Shown here: piece by piece, positions 48,518 to 61,620 of the stretch
How the letters are laid out: each line of letters opens with the position of its first letter
How positions within the stretch are numbered: position 1 is the first letter of the stretch
Origin: Chromera velia
Taxonomy: Eukaryota
NCBI GenBank assembly: GCA_018398765.1
Contig: JAHBMJ010000024.1
Location: forward strand, 1 to 64,000
Direction of reading: 5' to 3'
DNA length: 64,000 nucleotides
Program-made: the position numbers and the translations under genes
The notes under the pieces: generated by a model
The model's input: only the letters and a program-made list of their open reading frames with translations
Told to the model about the DNA's origin: nothing
The model's database searches: none

Positions 48518-51500
48518 TCACGCTTGGACGGTCTCTTTCATCTCTCCCGCCCCTTCTTTGTTTTGCTCGTTCACGATCTTTTGGAGATTTCTGCACACAC
48601 ACACAGAGGGGGGGCACACCTCAACTTTCACAAAAAAAAACAAAAGGCCAGAAAACCACGCATCCTTCCCTCTATATTGACTCAAGCGAACGCTTCCCCA
48701 ACTTTCCTTCCCTCTCCCACCCCCGTGTCCGTGCCTCCCAGCTTTCCCCCATGACGTCCTCAGAGATCAATCGACGCACGCAAGGACGCATCAAAAATTT
48801 CGATGCGTCCTTGCGTGCGTCGATTGACGTCCTCAAAGATCCCTTCAACGTCCATTCATCCACCCCCTAGATCACCCATAAGCAAAAAAACAAAGAAACC
48901 GACCGCGGGAGTTTCCAGTTCACATTCTCCTCCACGTCCACCACCTCCTCCACGCTGCTCACGCCGTACGCCATGAGCTTGTCAATCACACCCTGCACGG
49001 ACAAACATCAAAAGCATGTGGACATACGCTCTTGAGGCTTCCGCGTGCAGAGAAAGTCTCGGCCCACACGAGTGCACACGAATTTGAAGGCAAAGGAAAA
49101 AATTGAGAAAACGTCTGTTCCTTCACTGCTACGCCGGAAAGAGAAAAGAGAGCACGAACGCGACGGAAAGGGAAAAGCAAAACCACAGAGAGGTGTGAAG
49201 TGCTGATACCGAGGAACTTCCAGCAGAGAAACAGAGATCGAAAGTCAGAAGTCCCACGCACCTGCACAATGTCCTCCGGTGTGCTTGCCCCCGCCGTCAA
49301 GGAGACCCTCTTGACGCCCTCCAGCCACTCCGGCTTCACGTCATCTGCGCAGTTGACGAGGTGCGCGTTGACCCCTCTGTTCGTTGCGACCTCCCTCAGC
49401 CGGTTGCTGTTGGAAGAAGTGTGGTGACCGACAACGATCGTCAGATCGGTCTGCAACAGTTAGAGAGAGAGGAGAGGAGGCGGGGGGGACAGAGGACACA
49501 GGGGGCAAATGGATTTCGGGACACACCGACAAGCAGTGTGAGGAAGAGAGGAAAGTCCTACAAAAATAGCAAAACACCTGCACTCACTCAAACTTTTCCG
49601 CAAAATGAGGGGTGCAAGATGAGAGAATAAGCATGTAGGTGAAAAATGCAGACAGAAGGAGATGGGCAGGGAGGGAAGAAACCTTTGAGCCAACAGCTCA
49701 CATCTTCAACAAAAGCCTTGAGGGCGTTCTGTCTGTTCGTCGTTGCGTAACAGATGGAACCGGAGGGGATGGTCTTCGACTGCGGGAATTTCTTCAGGAG
49801 GGCACCTGCAAGGAGAGACACACATGTGGAGTTGTCTTGTCGTTCGATCTTCTCTGGTTCGGCTGCTCTGCCTGTCTCAACCACACACATATGCGTGCAC
49901 GCGAGCGCGAATGGCTGGAGGGAGAAAATTCTTGAAGAGGTTTGAGAGAGGGAAAGCGTCTGAATGAAGTTTTTCATCCATTTTCGCATTCTCCTTTTTT
50001 GTCTTTGCGACGCAGCCCTGGACCAAGAGACTGAGGGGAAAGCGAAGAGACGTAGAAAATGAAGGACGGAACGAAAGAAGGAAAGAAGGAAGAGGGGAAG
50101 GAAACCGAAGGAAGGAAGGAAGGAAGCCAAGAAGTACAAACTGTCTCCCTCACTCACCCAGAATTTCTGCGCAGTCATCCATAGAGAGCGTCGTTTGGGT
50201 GGCATAGAAGATCCTGAGAACAGCAGACGAGAGGAGAGAAAAGGAATACAGACGTTTGAGCGCTGAGAACGAATGGATTGTCAGCATCTCAAAAACGCGT
50301 CGCAGCGACATCAGAACCGACTCACCGGTGTCAAAAGGTTAAAATTCGCTCCTCAAGGGGCTCTGGCTGGAAGAGAACCACTCCGATTTGAAACAACGAA
50401 AAAAAATGAAAAGTGAAAAGTTGCCGCAAGGAAAAGGAAAGTGCACACGATACACATACAGGCCTATCAAAACCTGCTCAGACGTTCACAGGAAAGCACA
50501 ACCACTGCCTGACTTGTCATCGGGACCGAAGGGGAGCTTGTCGACGTCCTCGGGGGTCTCCAGGACGGTCGTCTGCTCGGGGGCCTCCGCAACCACTCCC
50601 TGGATCTCAACTGCACCCATGCACGCACGCATGTCCACGCACGCAAATGAGACGAACGGACACATGAGTACAGAAACAGAAGAGAAGTCTCACAAACCGC
50701 CGTCTCCTCCAGGGAGTCTTCGACCGCTTTCTGAATCCCGTCTAGACGCTGTTAGTCTCTTCCATTCACTGAGTCAATCAATCAGAGTGCGAAGAGGACA
50801 AGTCAGGGAAGAAAGGGGTGCAATTCCAAACTTACCGAGGGTCTACTCATTCAACCCTCCATTCTTTGTGGTTACAGTGCCGGTCTCACGAGTACACCAA
50901 CCTCTGCTTCCTCTACACAGTCAGCCAGAAGGACACACGAAATGCGCATTTCCTTTTTTCATTGCTTCTCCTCTCATGACTGACAGGCAGACAGAGACAG
51001 ACAGACTCCATGGATTTTCTTCACAGAAAGACGGACAGACAGAAACAGAAGCCACCTTCCTCTCCCAAGTTCCCATCTCTTCTTTCTTTGCCTTCCTCTC
51101 CCAAGTTCCCATCTCTTCTTTCTTTGCCCCTACAATCCACTTGTCCATCTCTTGTCCTGTCGAGCTGTGCGTGCACTTACCGTGCTTCTTGTGTCCGATG
51201 AGGACGATGTTCTCTCCCTTGGCTGCCGCCTTCTTCACGTACACGTGGACCTTGGTGACCAGAGGGCAGGTGGCGTCGACCTCGTACAGCTGTCTGTCTG
51301 CAGCCTGCTGACGGACCTCGGGGGGAATGCCGTGGGCAGAGTAGATCACCTTGGCGCCCTCAGGAACATCAGCAAGGTCCTCAATGAAGATCGCCCCCTT
51401 CTCCTGCACAAACAGGGAGGATGGGAAGAAACGCATTTTCCCCTTCTCTCTTCACAGACATACATTTTCTGTGTGTATCTTCACATCGTTTCTGCAGAAA

Positions 51501-51769
51501 AAAACAAAACGCGAGGGCGCACAAATTATCCATTTATGTCCACAACATGTACGTCCACTCGAGTCCCGGCAAAACCTCTCAACACCCACACCCTCCCTGA
51601 CTGACCCTGAGACGGTCACACACGATTTGGTTGTGCACGATCTCGTGCTTCACATAGACGGGCGCTCCCCAGATCTTGATGGCCGCCTCAACGGTGTCGA
51701 TCGCCCTGGTGACACCCTCACAGAACCCCCTCGGGGCTGCGAGCATCAGCTTGATCCCTCCCTCAGCAT
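48518..51769 (-). other. ispH: HDR/IspH (LytB) half of the fusion gene
   Basis: Motifs [64 protein letters not shown]. All three [4Fe-4S] cysteines are present. Confidence 0.95.
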
Positions 51770-54700
51770 CTGCACGGACGCATAAACAAATAGACACACG
51801 GACACACACGGACACACACACACACACACACACACACAAAGATGACCTTTTCTCTCCCACCTGGAATGAAAAACAAGAAACCAATGAACCCTGAGGAGCT
51901 CCCGATTCGACTTTCCCATCTGCCGCGACAGCCACCAGAAGCAGCAGAAGTGGAGGAAAGAGCCAGACAGCAAAAAGAGGGGGGGGGGAAGAAAGAAAGA
52001 CAGAGCGAGCATCAGACAGAGCCAGAGACAGAACGGAAAAGGGAGGCAAGGAAGAAAAACACAAGCAAGCCGCAGGTCACACAGAGGACCACAAAGAGAG
52101 ACTGACTGCTTGACTTTGTCGCCACATTCAATTGCAGTTCCTCCTCGGCTTCTGCGCTCTTCACCACGTCCCCTCCCACAGTCACCTTCTTGTTCATGCC
52201 GTCTCTCTCAGGCCCGACCTGCATGCGACAGTCGTTGTGCACACACACGAATCATTTTTCTCTGTTGGGTGAGTTTTCGTTTTCGTCCATGCAGTTGCCC
52301 CCAGACAGAGCCTGTCGCGAGAAGGTACGCTCTACAGGAAATGGGAGACTTGTAGGCACACGTGAAGGCGCGAGCGTCCGCATACACACGCAGGAAGAGA
52401 GGGACAGAGAGAGAGAGAGAGAGAGAGAGACCTTAAGAGAGAAAGAGGATTGGCTGCGGGACGGAGGGGAGAGGGAAAGGTGTTCATTCAAAAAAGCGCA
52501 AGTCTCTTCTCTTGCGTGTGAGAATTGACTGACCAGCATATTAAATCTCTTGACCTCCTCCTTGCTTCCCATCGCCACCTGTGTCTTATCGTTCAGTCCT
52601 CCGGATACAGGCAGGTCCAGGAGGGAGAACAGACCGTTCGACGACGCCCCCCCTGCCTTCTCGATCACGTAGGCAAGCGGTGCGGCCTCATAGAGAAGCT
52701 TCAATTTGGAAGGGAACTGGGGCGAAGAGGGGGTCACAAAGACACCACGCCCCTTCACGAGAAGCTGGTTTACGTCAGGAACAAACCCACCCGTGTACCG
52801 GAGAGTGTATTTGTTCTGCACACACACGTACACACACACGCACACACACACACACACACATTCACGCACACACACACATTCACGCAATGGATAAAAAAGG
52901 CGGAACGGGTGGAGACGGAAAGGTCAAAAGGCGCAAAAACCACGAGGGTGGCAGAAGAAAAAAGAGGAAGACATGAAAACCAAGACACAAAAAGGAAAGT
53001 CAAACAACCCAACGTGACAGAAGCAAAAAAGCAAAATTGTCGTTCTACAGCTAGCAAAAACACCCGAAACAAACACCCCTCCCCCCTGTCTGACCTGCAT
53101 CCAGAAGTCAACGAGGGACTTGTATCCCTTGTTATCCTGAGTGGCTCTCAAGTTGCCTGCACAAAGCGAAAACAAAACACGACAACAAGCACGAAGACAT
53201 TCCAGAAGACCGCCACTCAAAAACGACCACCGCGTTCAGGCAGCATGTAGCCCGCGCGCCAAACTATAAACCCAAAGCCATCCAGCTGCCTCGAACTCTC
53301 CACTCTTTCCCACTCTGCACTCGATTCTCTCCAGACTGATTGCTCGCTTGTCCTGTGGCGCCCCCCCCCAAAAAAGACACACTTCGGCTGAGTGCATTGA
53401 GAGAAGGGGGGAATTCATGGGAGAATCAGGAAATGAAAGGGGAAGACTCCTGGGCCCTTTGCTCCTCCCGTCTCTCGCAACTCTGAAAGCTCACACACCG
53501 CCTTCTCCCCCTCACCTGGAGAGAAGAGCTTTCCCTCTTCCAGTGCCGCAATCTCATTGGAGTGAACGAAGTACCCGTGCTGCCCGCTCAGGTCGTCTCT
53601 CAGAGTGAACTCATGAGCCCCCGGCACGCCGTCAATGGCTAGCGTGACCATCGTGCGGGGGCCGTACACAGCCATCCCCGCAGCGCTCATCTCCCTCCCC
53701 GTCACGCCCCTCAACTGCTGGGAGGGCCAGATGCCGAAGATGGTCCCGACAGCGAAGTCGGCATCGACTGCAACAAAAAAGAAGGTGAGGGAGGAGAAGG
53801 GGATAGACAGAAAGGACAGAGAAACAGCGAGACGGGAGAAGAGAAAGGGTAAAACCAAAACCAAAACTTGAAGAGGGAAACAGAAGAACACAAAGTAAGA
53901 CGTCCCACCATCCTCACACAAAGCCCGTGCACGCACCCACCGATGGAGGACCCATCAAGAGGGTCAAAAGCGACACTGTAATCGTTCCCCCCCATTCTCT
54001 TCTCCACCGGCTCCTCCTCCGAAGAGGCCACAGCAACCACACCTGCACATATGCGCACGAACACCCATGACTTTCGTTCGCACAAATAAAGACACATACG
54101 CAACAAAAATGTGCGCGTGCATGCGCGCATGAACAGACGTAGACTGTTCGGAAGAGGCCGCTAAATGGACGGATGCATTCGCATTGCTCTGTCACATCAT
54201 GACGGGCGGCCTCTCATCCCAGGGTGAGAAAAATGAAAAAAATTGTGCAGCAATCCCGCCTCGGTCAGACCGACAGAAAGGAACGAAGCGTGAGCTTCAC
54301 AACTGCTCTCCAGAAGAAAGAGGTCGTAGGATGCTTGACAGGCAGGCCCGACCTTTACTCTTTTTCTTTCCCTGCGTGAGAAGAAAAAGGGAGAGAACCT
54401 GCCAGACTCACCAGAGGATGCGAGGTTTGCCATCAAGATGTCATTCGCAAGGACGTCGATAGCAAGCTGCACACAGGAGGTCGAGCGCGTGTCAGAAGAA
54501 GCGGGGACCAAGGCATACATAGGTGGAGAAAGGAAAACGAGCAGATCAGAAGTGCGGAGAAGGACACGTGAACTCGTCCACAACAAATGCACAGGAGGGG
54601 GGAAGGCCCATGGGAACGTGTCCAGCGGAAATATTGAGAAGGGGGCAAGAGACGAGGCAAGCAAGCAGTGGCACAAGGATGGATGGGGAAGGCAATGATG

Positions 54701-55197
54701 GCTCCCCCGTCCCCTGCCCCTCTTCAGACCCAGTCCCACTCCTGACCTGATTGTCTCCCAGCTCATTGAAGCACGCTGTCTTGTCACAAGAGGCCGTGCG
54801 AACCTGCGGAGAGGAACAGACAAACAGAACAAACACACGCGTCAGTCTCGTCGTTCCGTCCACTAGATGGCAGAGCTCATCGGTCCACAGCGTCCCAGAA
54901 CACTGCCCCTCCCCTTCTTACCTTGTAACTGATAAGTTTGACTGCCTCCAGGATTCCGTTCACGACTTTCCGGAGTTTCGGGTCGACATTATTCGAGTCA
55001 AGCCATTCGTGCACCGTCTCCAGCCTTTGAGTCTGGATGGTCTCAGGCCCATACAGGTCAAGAGAGGACAAGTGAGAGGCTCTCCGAAGTGGTTGTGACC
55101 TTTGGAAGGACCCTCCTTGAAATCTCAACTGAAAGGCAGAAGCAAGAAGACCCTCGAGAGAGAGGACTACAGTTAGAAAAGAGAAGACTGCCTGCAT
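48518..55197 (-). CDS. SBP-HDR: Plastid-targeted fusion of sedoheptulose-1,7-bisphosphatase and HMBPP reductase (HDR/IspH), 16-17 exons, ~730-740 aa
   Basis: Exons 55197-54922, 54803-54747, 54466-54412, 54042-53941, 53767-53516, 53156-53095, 52815-52534, 52218-52107, (51919-51890 optional), 51769-51606, 51403-51181, 50610-50514, 50213-50158, 49805-49702, 49450-49262, 48992-48904 and 48590-48518 splice in one frame with GT-AG sites. There is no stop after the SBPase domain. The N-terminus is signal peptide + ASA-F + transit peptide. Confidence 0.9.
52534..55197 (-). other. SBP: SBPase half of the fusion gene
   Basis: Motifs [106 protein letters not shown]. Confidence 0.93.
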
Positions 55198-55419
55198 CTT
55201 CCCTTCCCTGTCTTCCCTTTTCTTCTCTCAATAAACCAAAATCGCACCCAAAACTGATCTCTCTGGCAACTCCAGGCTACCCTGAGCAGAGACGACCACT
55301 ACAGACGTTCAGATTGATAATTTTATACTCCGAAGAAGAGACCATCCGAACACTTGCAGCTCAGTTTGTGTAAATGAGGGTTCGAAATCCTCTTCCAAAG
55401 AAAAGAGACGCCCCGTCAA

Positions 55420-55660
55420 TCAGTCATGCGCCGAATGGCCCGGCCCCGCTGATCGACGCACGCAGACGTGCCGGCGTGCGAGCAGCCCCGTAAAGCGAAC
55501 ACTGTCCATTTCCATTCATGCAGTGCATGTAATTCCGTGCCTCCATTCGAGGTCTTTACGGGTCCATTCATGCCCCCTCGAAAGGCGGAGGAAAATTTCC
55601 GCGGAAGGCGGAGGAAAATTTCCGGAAGGCGGAGGGCCAATAAAAAAAAACTATAAAAAA
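55420..55660. promoter_or_regulatory. Putative promoter of SBP-HDR (GC-rich, TGCATG, repeated AAGGCGGAGGAAAATTTCC)
   Basis: Lies 200-450 bp upstream of the ATG at 55197, with a 2.5x direct repeat at ~55582-55634. Confidence 0.35.
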
Positions 55661-55924
55661 AATCTGACAGGGTGAAACGACTGAAAGGAGACGCGCTTTT
55701 CGACACACAGGAAAGCTTCTATCTCCGGTAGAAGAGACATCTAAAGTTGCCCCCGATGCCCCTGACCGTCTGAGATCCTGCACAGGAGCTTTGGTGGCCG
55801 AAAACAGGCAGGAAGACAGAAGAATGGACAAGGATGCGAAACCGAGACGGGCTAGTGTTGCTTTGAGTCTCTCAATTTATTAAACCGAGGTAGTAGCAGA
55901 TATTATTGCAGTCATCGGCTCCAG

Positions 55925-58900
55925 ATGAGCAATGAACAGGCCCATAACTTTGCAGAAAGAAGTCTCAGTGTCATTTGCCGCTTGCATCCCGGAGACAGCC
56001 TCCAGCGGCTTCCAGCAGGCTTGAAGATAGCTTCCTCCGTAGAGACGGTGAGTAAGAGACAGCAGATCTGTAGGTCCCGTCTCCTTCGCCTGGTGTGGCT
56101 TTGCCTGGGCTTATTAGGGGCTTATGTGTAGTTCAATGTAGACACAATCAAATGTTTGTTCTTCTGGATTGATATGGTGTGCAGATTGTTGCCTCTTGCT
56201 CAAGTTTTCGTGGGGAGACTGCTGGTCCTAACCTTTTCTGAAGACTGCTGTCTCTGTCTTTTTCTCTGTGGACGCGGTCTTCAACTGGCCTGTCTGCTTC
56301 CCGGAACTGACCACCCGGATTGGAGAATGGCTTGTAGCATCTTTTCTGGGGCTTGGGACGTCTGCATATCGAGGGAAACCCAGGGAGACGCCACAGATTG
56401 GTAAGTCAGAAAGATCTCTTTGGTAAGCCTGCAATTAATAGTCTGGAGACGGAGACGGGAGGTCGATCCTCGCCGTCTCTTTTGCCCCGTCTCTCGCATG
56501 CTTCCCCATTTCTTTTTCCATTTCCCTCTCCACGCTCTTCTGAATTCTAATACACACAGTCTATTGGTGTGTGTCCATTCCCCTGCTCCTTGCAGACCGT
56601 CGTCTCTTCCCGGACCGTCGTTCGGCCTCTACGAGAGGAGGAAATCTTCCCATTGTTCGTCTCCGTGAATGGCCCTCACTTGCCCCTTTCTGCACTTCCA
56701 CTCCCTGTGGACCTTCCTTGTCTCTTCTCTGCTCAGGTCGGGTCACTTCTTGATCGATCGGTGCAAACCGTGTGGGATGTGAATGGGGAGAAGGAGGGGA
56801 ATGCGAAGAGACGGAAAGCAGACGTCGGGGCTAGTTAGTAGAGGCGTCAGCCCAGACTCTAAGGCAAGTCGAAGACCGTCAAGAGACGTCAGCTGCCACC
56901 CCCTTCTTGTTTGCATTTCTGTTCGCTTTCATTCACTCCACTCTCCGTCCGCCCCGCAATCCCGCTTTCTCTCCTGCCTTGCCTTTCCGGATCCTCTCTC
57001 CTCCTTCTCTTCTCTTCCCCTTTGTGTCCCTTTCCACACAATCAGCGTGTGTCTGATTCTGTGCAGACTATCCTTTCCCCGGGCACCGATGACCAACCGT
57101 TACGGCGTGCGCCTCGTGATGCAGAGGATGGAGTGCCCCGATAGATTTGATCAATCGTCCACGTAAATGCTCGGCCCCTTCTCTGGACGCCCTCTCTCTA
57201 CGAACCTTCGGCCGGAGCCACTTTTCTGTTCAGGTCAGCTGTTTGTCCATCGTTGAAGACAGAGTGCCTGATACGTATCTGGGGAGAACGAGGGAGGGAA
57301 GGGGTGTAGACAGCGAAAAAGAAAATGAGAGGGTGGTTGGCTGAGACCTCGATCTGCCCAGAAGCACTCTGTAGATAGGTCTTTCTTCGCATCTCTTTTC
57401 CCCTCTGCTTCCATTCTCACATTTTCTCTCATTTTTCTCTGTTTTTTCCCTCCTCTACCCCTCTCATCTCTTCTCCTCTCCTGTATTTGTGTCTTCTCTT
57501 CCCTCTCTTTCTACTTCCTGCGCACATACTGATAGATGGAGAGCACAAATAGAAGGAGGGAGAGAGAGAGAGGCAGACAAGGAGACTGATGTCGCCGCAT
57601 TGATACTACTCTCCCGTTTTGAATACCTTATTCACACTGTGCCGGCGTGTTTCCTCTCTGTGATGCTGTGCGCAGACAGTCTTTCCCTGGACCAACAACC
57701 TGTCCGTCCGGCTGGCTGTACAGTCGCTGGTTGGAAGAGATGAGCGCCCCCGTAGTTTGTCATCGTGACTCTCTCTCCGGGCACCTTCTCTACACTTCTC
57801 TGTTCAAGTCAGCTCTCTTTTGATCGTGTGGAGCGTTGATGGGTAGAAGGAGGGAGAACACGGAGAGACGGAAAGAAAACGGGGGGCTGGCTGGATGAGT
57901 CGTCAGCCCAGAGGCAAGCGAGAGACCGTTAGAGAGCCGAGCAGGGTTCCTCTTGTCTTTTTTCATTTTTACATTCCATTCAGTCCGATCCCCTTCCTCT
58001 CTTGCCTTTTCCCTTTCCCTCTCCTCTCTTCTCTTCCTTTTCGTCTCTCTCTCCCGCGTCTCCCTTTCCCTTTCTGTCTATGCCCCTCATTCTTTTCCCC
58101 TTCCATTCTGTTCCTCCCTATCCGCTGTCTCTTGAATGTCTGTCTATCGATCAAAAGAAGGAGACCATTCAACTCACGGGAATGCAGAAAATGAGTGAGC
58201 ATATGAACGCAGACAAACGGAAAAAACGGAAACTCTAAGACAAGAGGAAGGCATACAGAATCAGAGAGAGTGCTTAATTGAGCCCAGCGACGATAGGTCC
58301 TCGCCTGGCCCATCTCCGTCATGTCCCCTCCCCCCCTTAGCGAACTTTCCTTTTACGCAATCTGCGCGAATGCACGTCTCCCTCTGATTCTCTGCAGACC
58401 GTCGTCCCCCAGACCAATGGCTGTACGAGGACATGAGCCACATCACTGTGTGATTGTGAATGCCGTCTCCCTTGCGCGGCTCTGCACTTCGCGTCTCTCT
58501 GGGCTTTCAGCGCCACTTCTCTCATAAGGTCAGCCTTCTGTCCATCGTTGCAGATGGTCTGAGACCTGAGTGGAAAGAAAGAGGGGAAGAGCGAGAAGAC
58601 AGACCAAGAAGAGAGGGGGGTCGTTGATTGAGTTCTCGGCCTACCTATAAGTGCGTTCGATAGACGAGCTGCTGGGTCTTTGTTGGATCCTCTTTCACCT
58701 TCCATCCCCGTCCTGTCTCTTTTCCCCCCTGCCCTTTTCGTCTCGTCTCCTTCTTTCTCGATGCCGTCTCCTCTCTGGCTCTGTGATAGTACTTGCCCAC
58801 ATACACTCGCACACCGGCAAGTGGAGATCCTAAATAGGGAGGGGGAGAGAGAGAGAGAGAGCCTGGAGAAAGAGTGGAGAAGGTGAAAAAACGGCAGACA

Positions 58901-60715
58901 GGCAAGTGTCGTCTGCTTGACACCGCTCTTCTTTCCTGAAGCGCTCTTTCCCACCATGTGCGCGCGTGCTCTTCTCTCTCTGATTCTGTGCAGACTTTGG
59001 TCTCCTCAACCACGCGTCCGAATGCATGCTCACGTGTTCAAGGAGATGGGTCACGGCAGTTTGTCGCCGTGATGGCCCCCTCACTTTGCCCCTAATTGCA
59101 CGCCTCCTCTCCGCTTGTCTCTGCGGACCTTCAGCGTCGATTCCCTTCTGAGGTCAGATCTCTTCCGGTGGTTGTAAACTGCCCATGATCCTCTCTCTCT
59201 TTCCTCTCTGCTCCCTTCCCCTCTCGTTCTCATATCCCTCCATGCCCCTTGCTTCTCTCGCCAGACAGGCAGACAGCAAGACAAACAGACAGACAGCCAG
59301 ACAACTGCAGACACCAGGCAGGCAGACAGCAAGACAAACAGACACGCAGGCAAACAGACAGCCAGACAACCAGACAGTCAGACAGGCAGAGGGCAGACGG
59401 CCAAACAATCAGACAGTGAGACGGGCAGAGAGAAAGGCGGGCACAGCGGACGTGCAGACAGATCGGACAAATAGAGAGAGAAAGAGAGGGAAACAGAGAA
59501 ACAGAGCACAGTTGCAGCTACGCATACTGAACTGAAACCCGCCTTCCCTCCTCTCTCTCTGTCTACCATCCCTTTCTTCCCTCCTGCTCTTCAGTCCCAA
59601 TTCCTTCACCACCCCTAGAAGATGCAATAAGAGGCGTGCGCCCGAGAAAGAATCACCAAGATCTCCTTTGTCCTTTTCTTTTTGACTGTGCTGGTTGGTG
59701 AGGGGCCCCGACAGTTTGCGGCGTCCTCCCGCATTTGTGCCTTCTCTCTACTGGCAGCTACATACACGCGGTCCGCAGAATTTTGCGTCTCGCCTATCTG
59801 TTTTCATGTTCCCCTTTCTGGACTGCCTTTCGTCCGTCTCCTCATGAAAGTGTTTGCACCTCACTCACTATGTACACTCCGAAGAGTAAAGAAAACTCGT
59901 ACTTGTTTGTCTGTGCTACACTCTCTCACCGGACTGACTTGTGCAGCTTGCACTCAACAGGTTCTTATTCGCTTTTCAGCTCTTCTCGTCTGCACCGATA
60001 GCTGAGAGAATTAGAGGTAGATTCCCTTTTCCGAATTTCTGAGCATGTTTCTTTCTGGACACCTTTCTTACTTAGCCTCTCATTTCCACACTCCTGACTG
60101 CTCTCACCTTTACTTTCTTTCAGTGATCGCTGCAGGAAAGCAAAAGGCAAAAGAAAGACAAGCTAGAGAGAAGGGGACGGTTGGATCCTCTCTGCTGAAA
60201 ACAATACGGTCAGTTTGTGACATGCTTTGGGTCGCCTTCTTCTTTCAATTCTGATGCTTTCTTCAATCACGCTATCCGAAACATTGAATCCAACCAGCGA
60301 CATCTCGCTTCAGCGTATGTGCAGTGACTTGCTTCCCGCTCCTTCGCCCTCTCCCTTTTTCGGTTCGTCAGGCAGTTGATCAAACTTTGTGGACGGTCAT
60401 CTCTTTTCAGTTGCCGCCCTTCTGTGCCGCTCTTTCCATGTGCACTTTCTTTCTTCGTTTCCACTGTTCTTTTCGTAATGGCCAGCAGCTTTGTAGCTCC
60501 GTTCCGCTTTGTTCCTTCCCTTCTTCATTTTCATCTGTTTATTTGTTGAAAAACACACCACTTTGGACCCTTTATATCTCCTTGTCTGCAGACTTCAATT
60601 TGACGGCATCCACGTCTTTCGTGTCCAACCATAGATCGTGTCCAAGTCCCCCAAGGTGCACTCCCCTCCCTTGTCCCTCCTGTCCCTGCGAGTGCACCCC
60701 CCTTGACCCTGTTGA
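55925..60715 (+). pseudogene. Possible degenerate multi-exon gene of related exon modules; product unknown
   Basis: Several ~125-170-bp segments bounded by GCAG|AC...|GT (mostly GTCAG/GTCGG) at about 56597, 57068, 57676, 58398, 58994 and 60592, with mutual similarity. No consistent open frame was found. Confidence 0.3.
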
Positions 60716-60925
60716 GTGCGTGCGTACAGTTGCATGGAGGGGGGGATAGTGGGTGGACGGGTTGGGCCTGCTGTGTAGTTCTGACGTCCCTCTCTGTCTT
60801 CTCTCCTGTCTCCCCCCTTGCCCTCGGCCCCCCTCCCATTTAAGCCTCTCACTCCCGCCAGCCCCCGACGGCCACCCATCCAACTAGGAGTCCCCACTAG
60901 CCGATCTAGCGAGCCCACGTTCATC

Positions 60926-61620
60926 CCAGGTCAAGCGCCTGCTAGCTAACTCCCTAGCCCTCCCAACCATTCTCTTCTTTCAGAGTTCGAAGCCGCGAAG
61001 CGCTGCCCGACTGAGAAGCTCGATCCTAGTAGGATTCTAGGATTCGCTGCGGTGGTTTGATAATTTTCTGCGACTCCAGGAGCCTACCCTCCAGCCTCCT
61101 GTTACCATTTCTTTCCTCTTTTCCAGTCGATTTTAAGAATTTCGATCCCCGACAAATCGATCCCCCTTCCTGCTTTGTGTTCGATCTAACCCACCTGCTT
61201 CGCTCTCTCCCCCCCCCAAGGCGTCCAGCCCCCTCTGCCAGCCCCTCCCCCCCGATTATCCCAGGTCAAGCGCCTGCTAGCTAACTCCATACAGCCCTCC
61301 CAACATCTCCTAATCATTCTCTTCTTTCAGCCTCCGAAGCCGCGAAGCGCTGCCCGACTGAGGAGCTCGATCCTAGGATTTTATGCTGTGCTGCGGTGGT
61401 TTGAGAATTTTCTGCGACTCCAAGACCCAGCCCTCCGGCCTCGTCCTACCATTTCTTTCCTCTTTTCGAGTAAATTTCAAGAGCTTCCATCCCCGCCAAA
61501 TGGATCCCCCTTCCTGCATCGTGTTCGGACGTCTTCTTTGCTCTCTCCCCCTCCAAGGCCCCCAACCAGATTTTCCAACTCTCAGTCCAGCCCTCTCTGC
61601 GAGCCCCTCCCCCCCCAGAG
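60926..61620. repeat. ~335-bp tandem duplication (2 diverged copies)
   Basis: CCAGGTCAAGCGCCTGCTAGCTAACTCC at 60926 and 61261, followed by colinear sequence. Confidence 0.85.
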
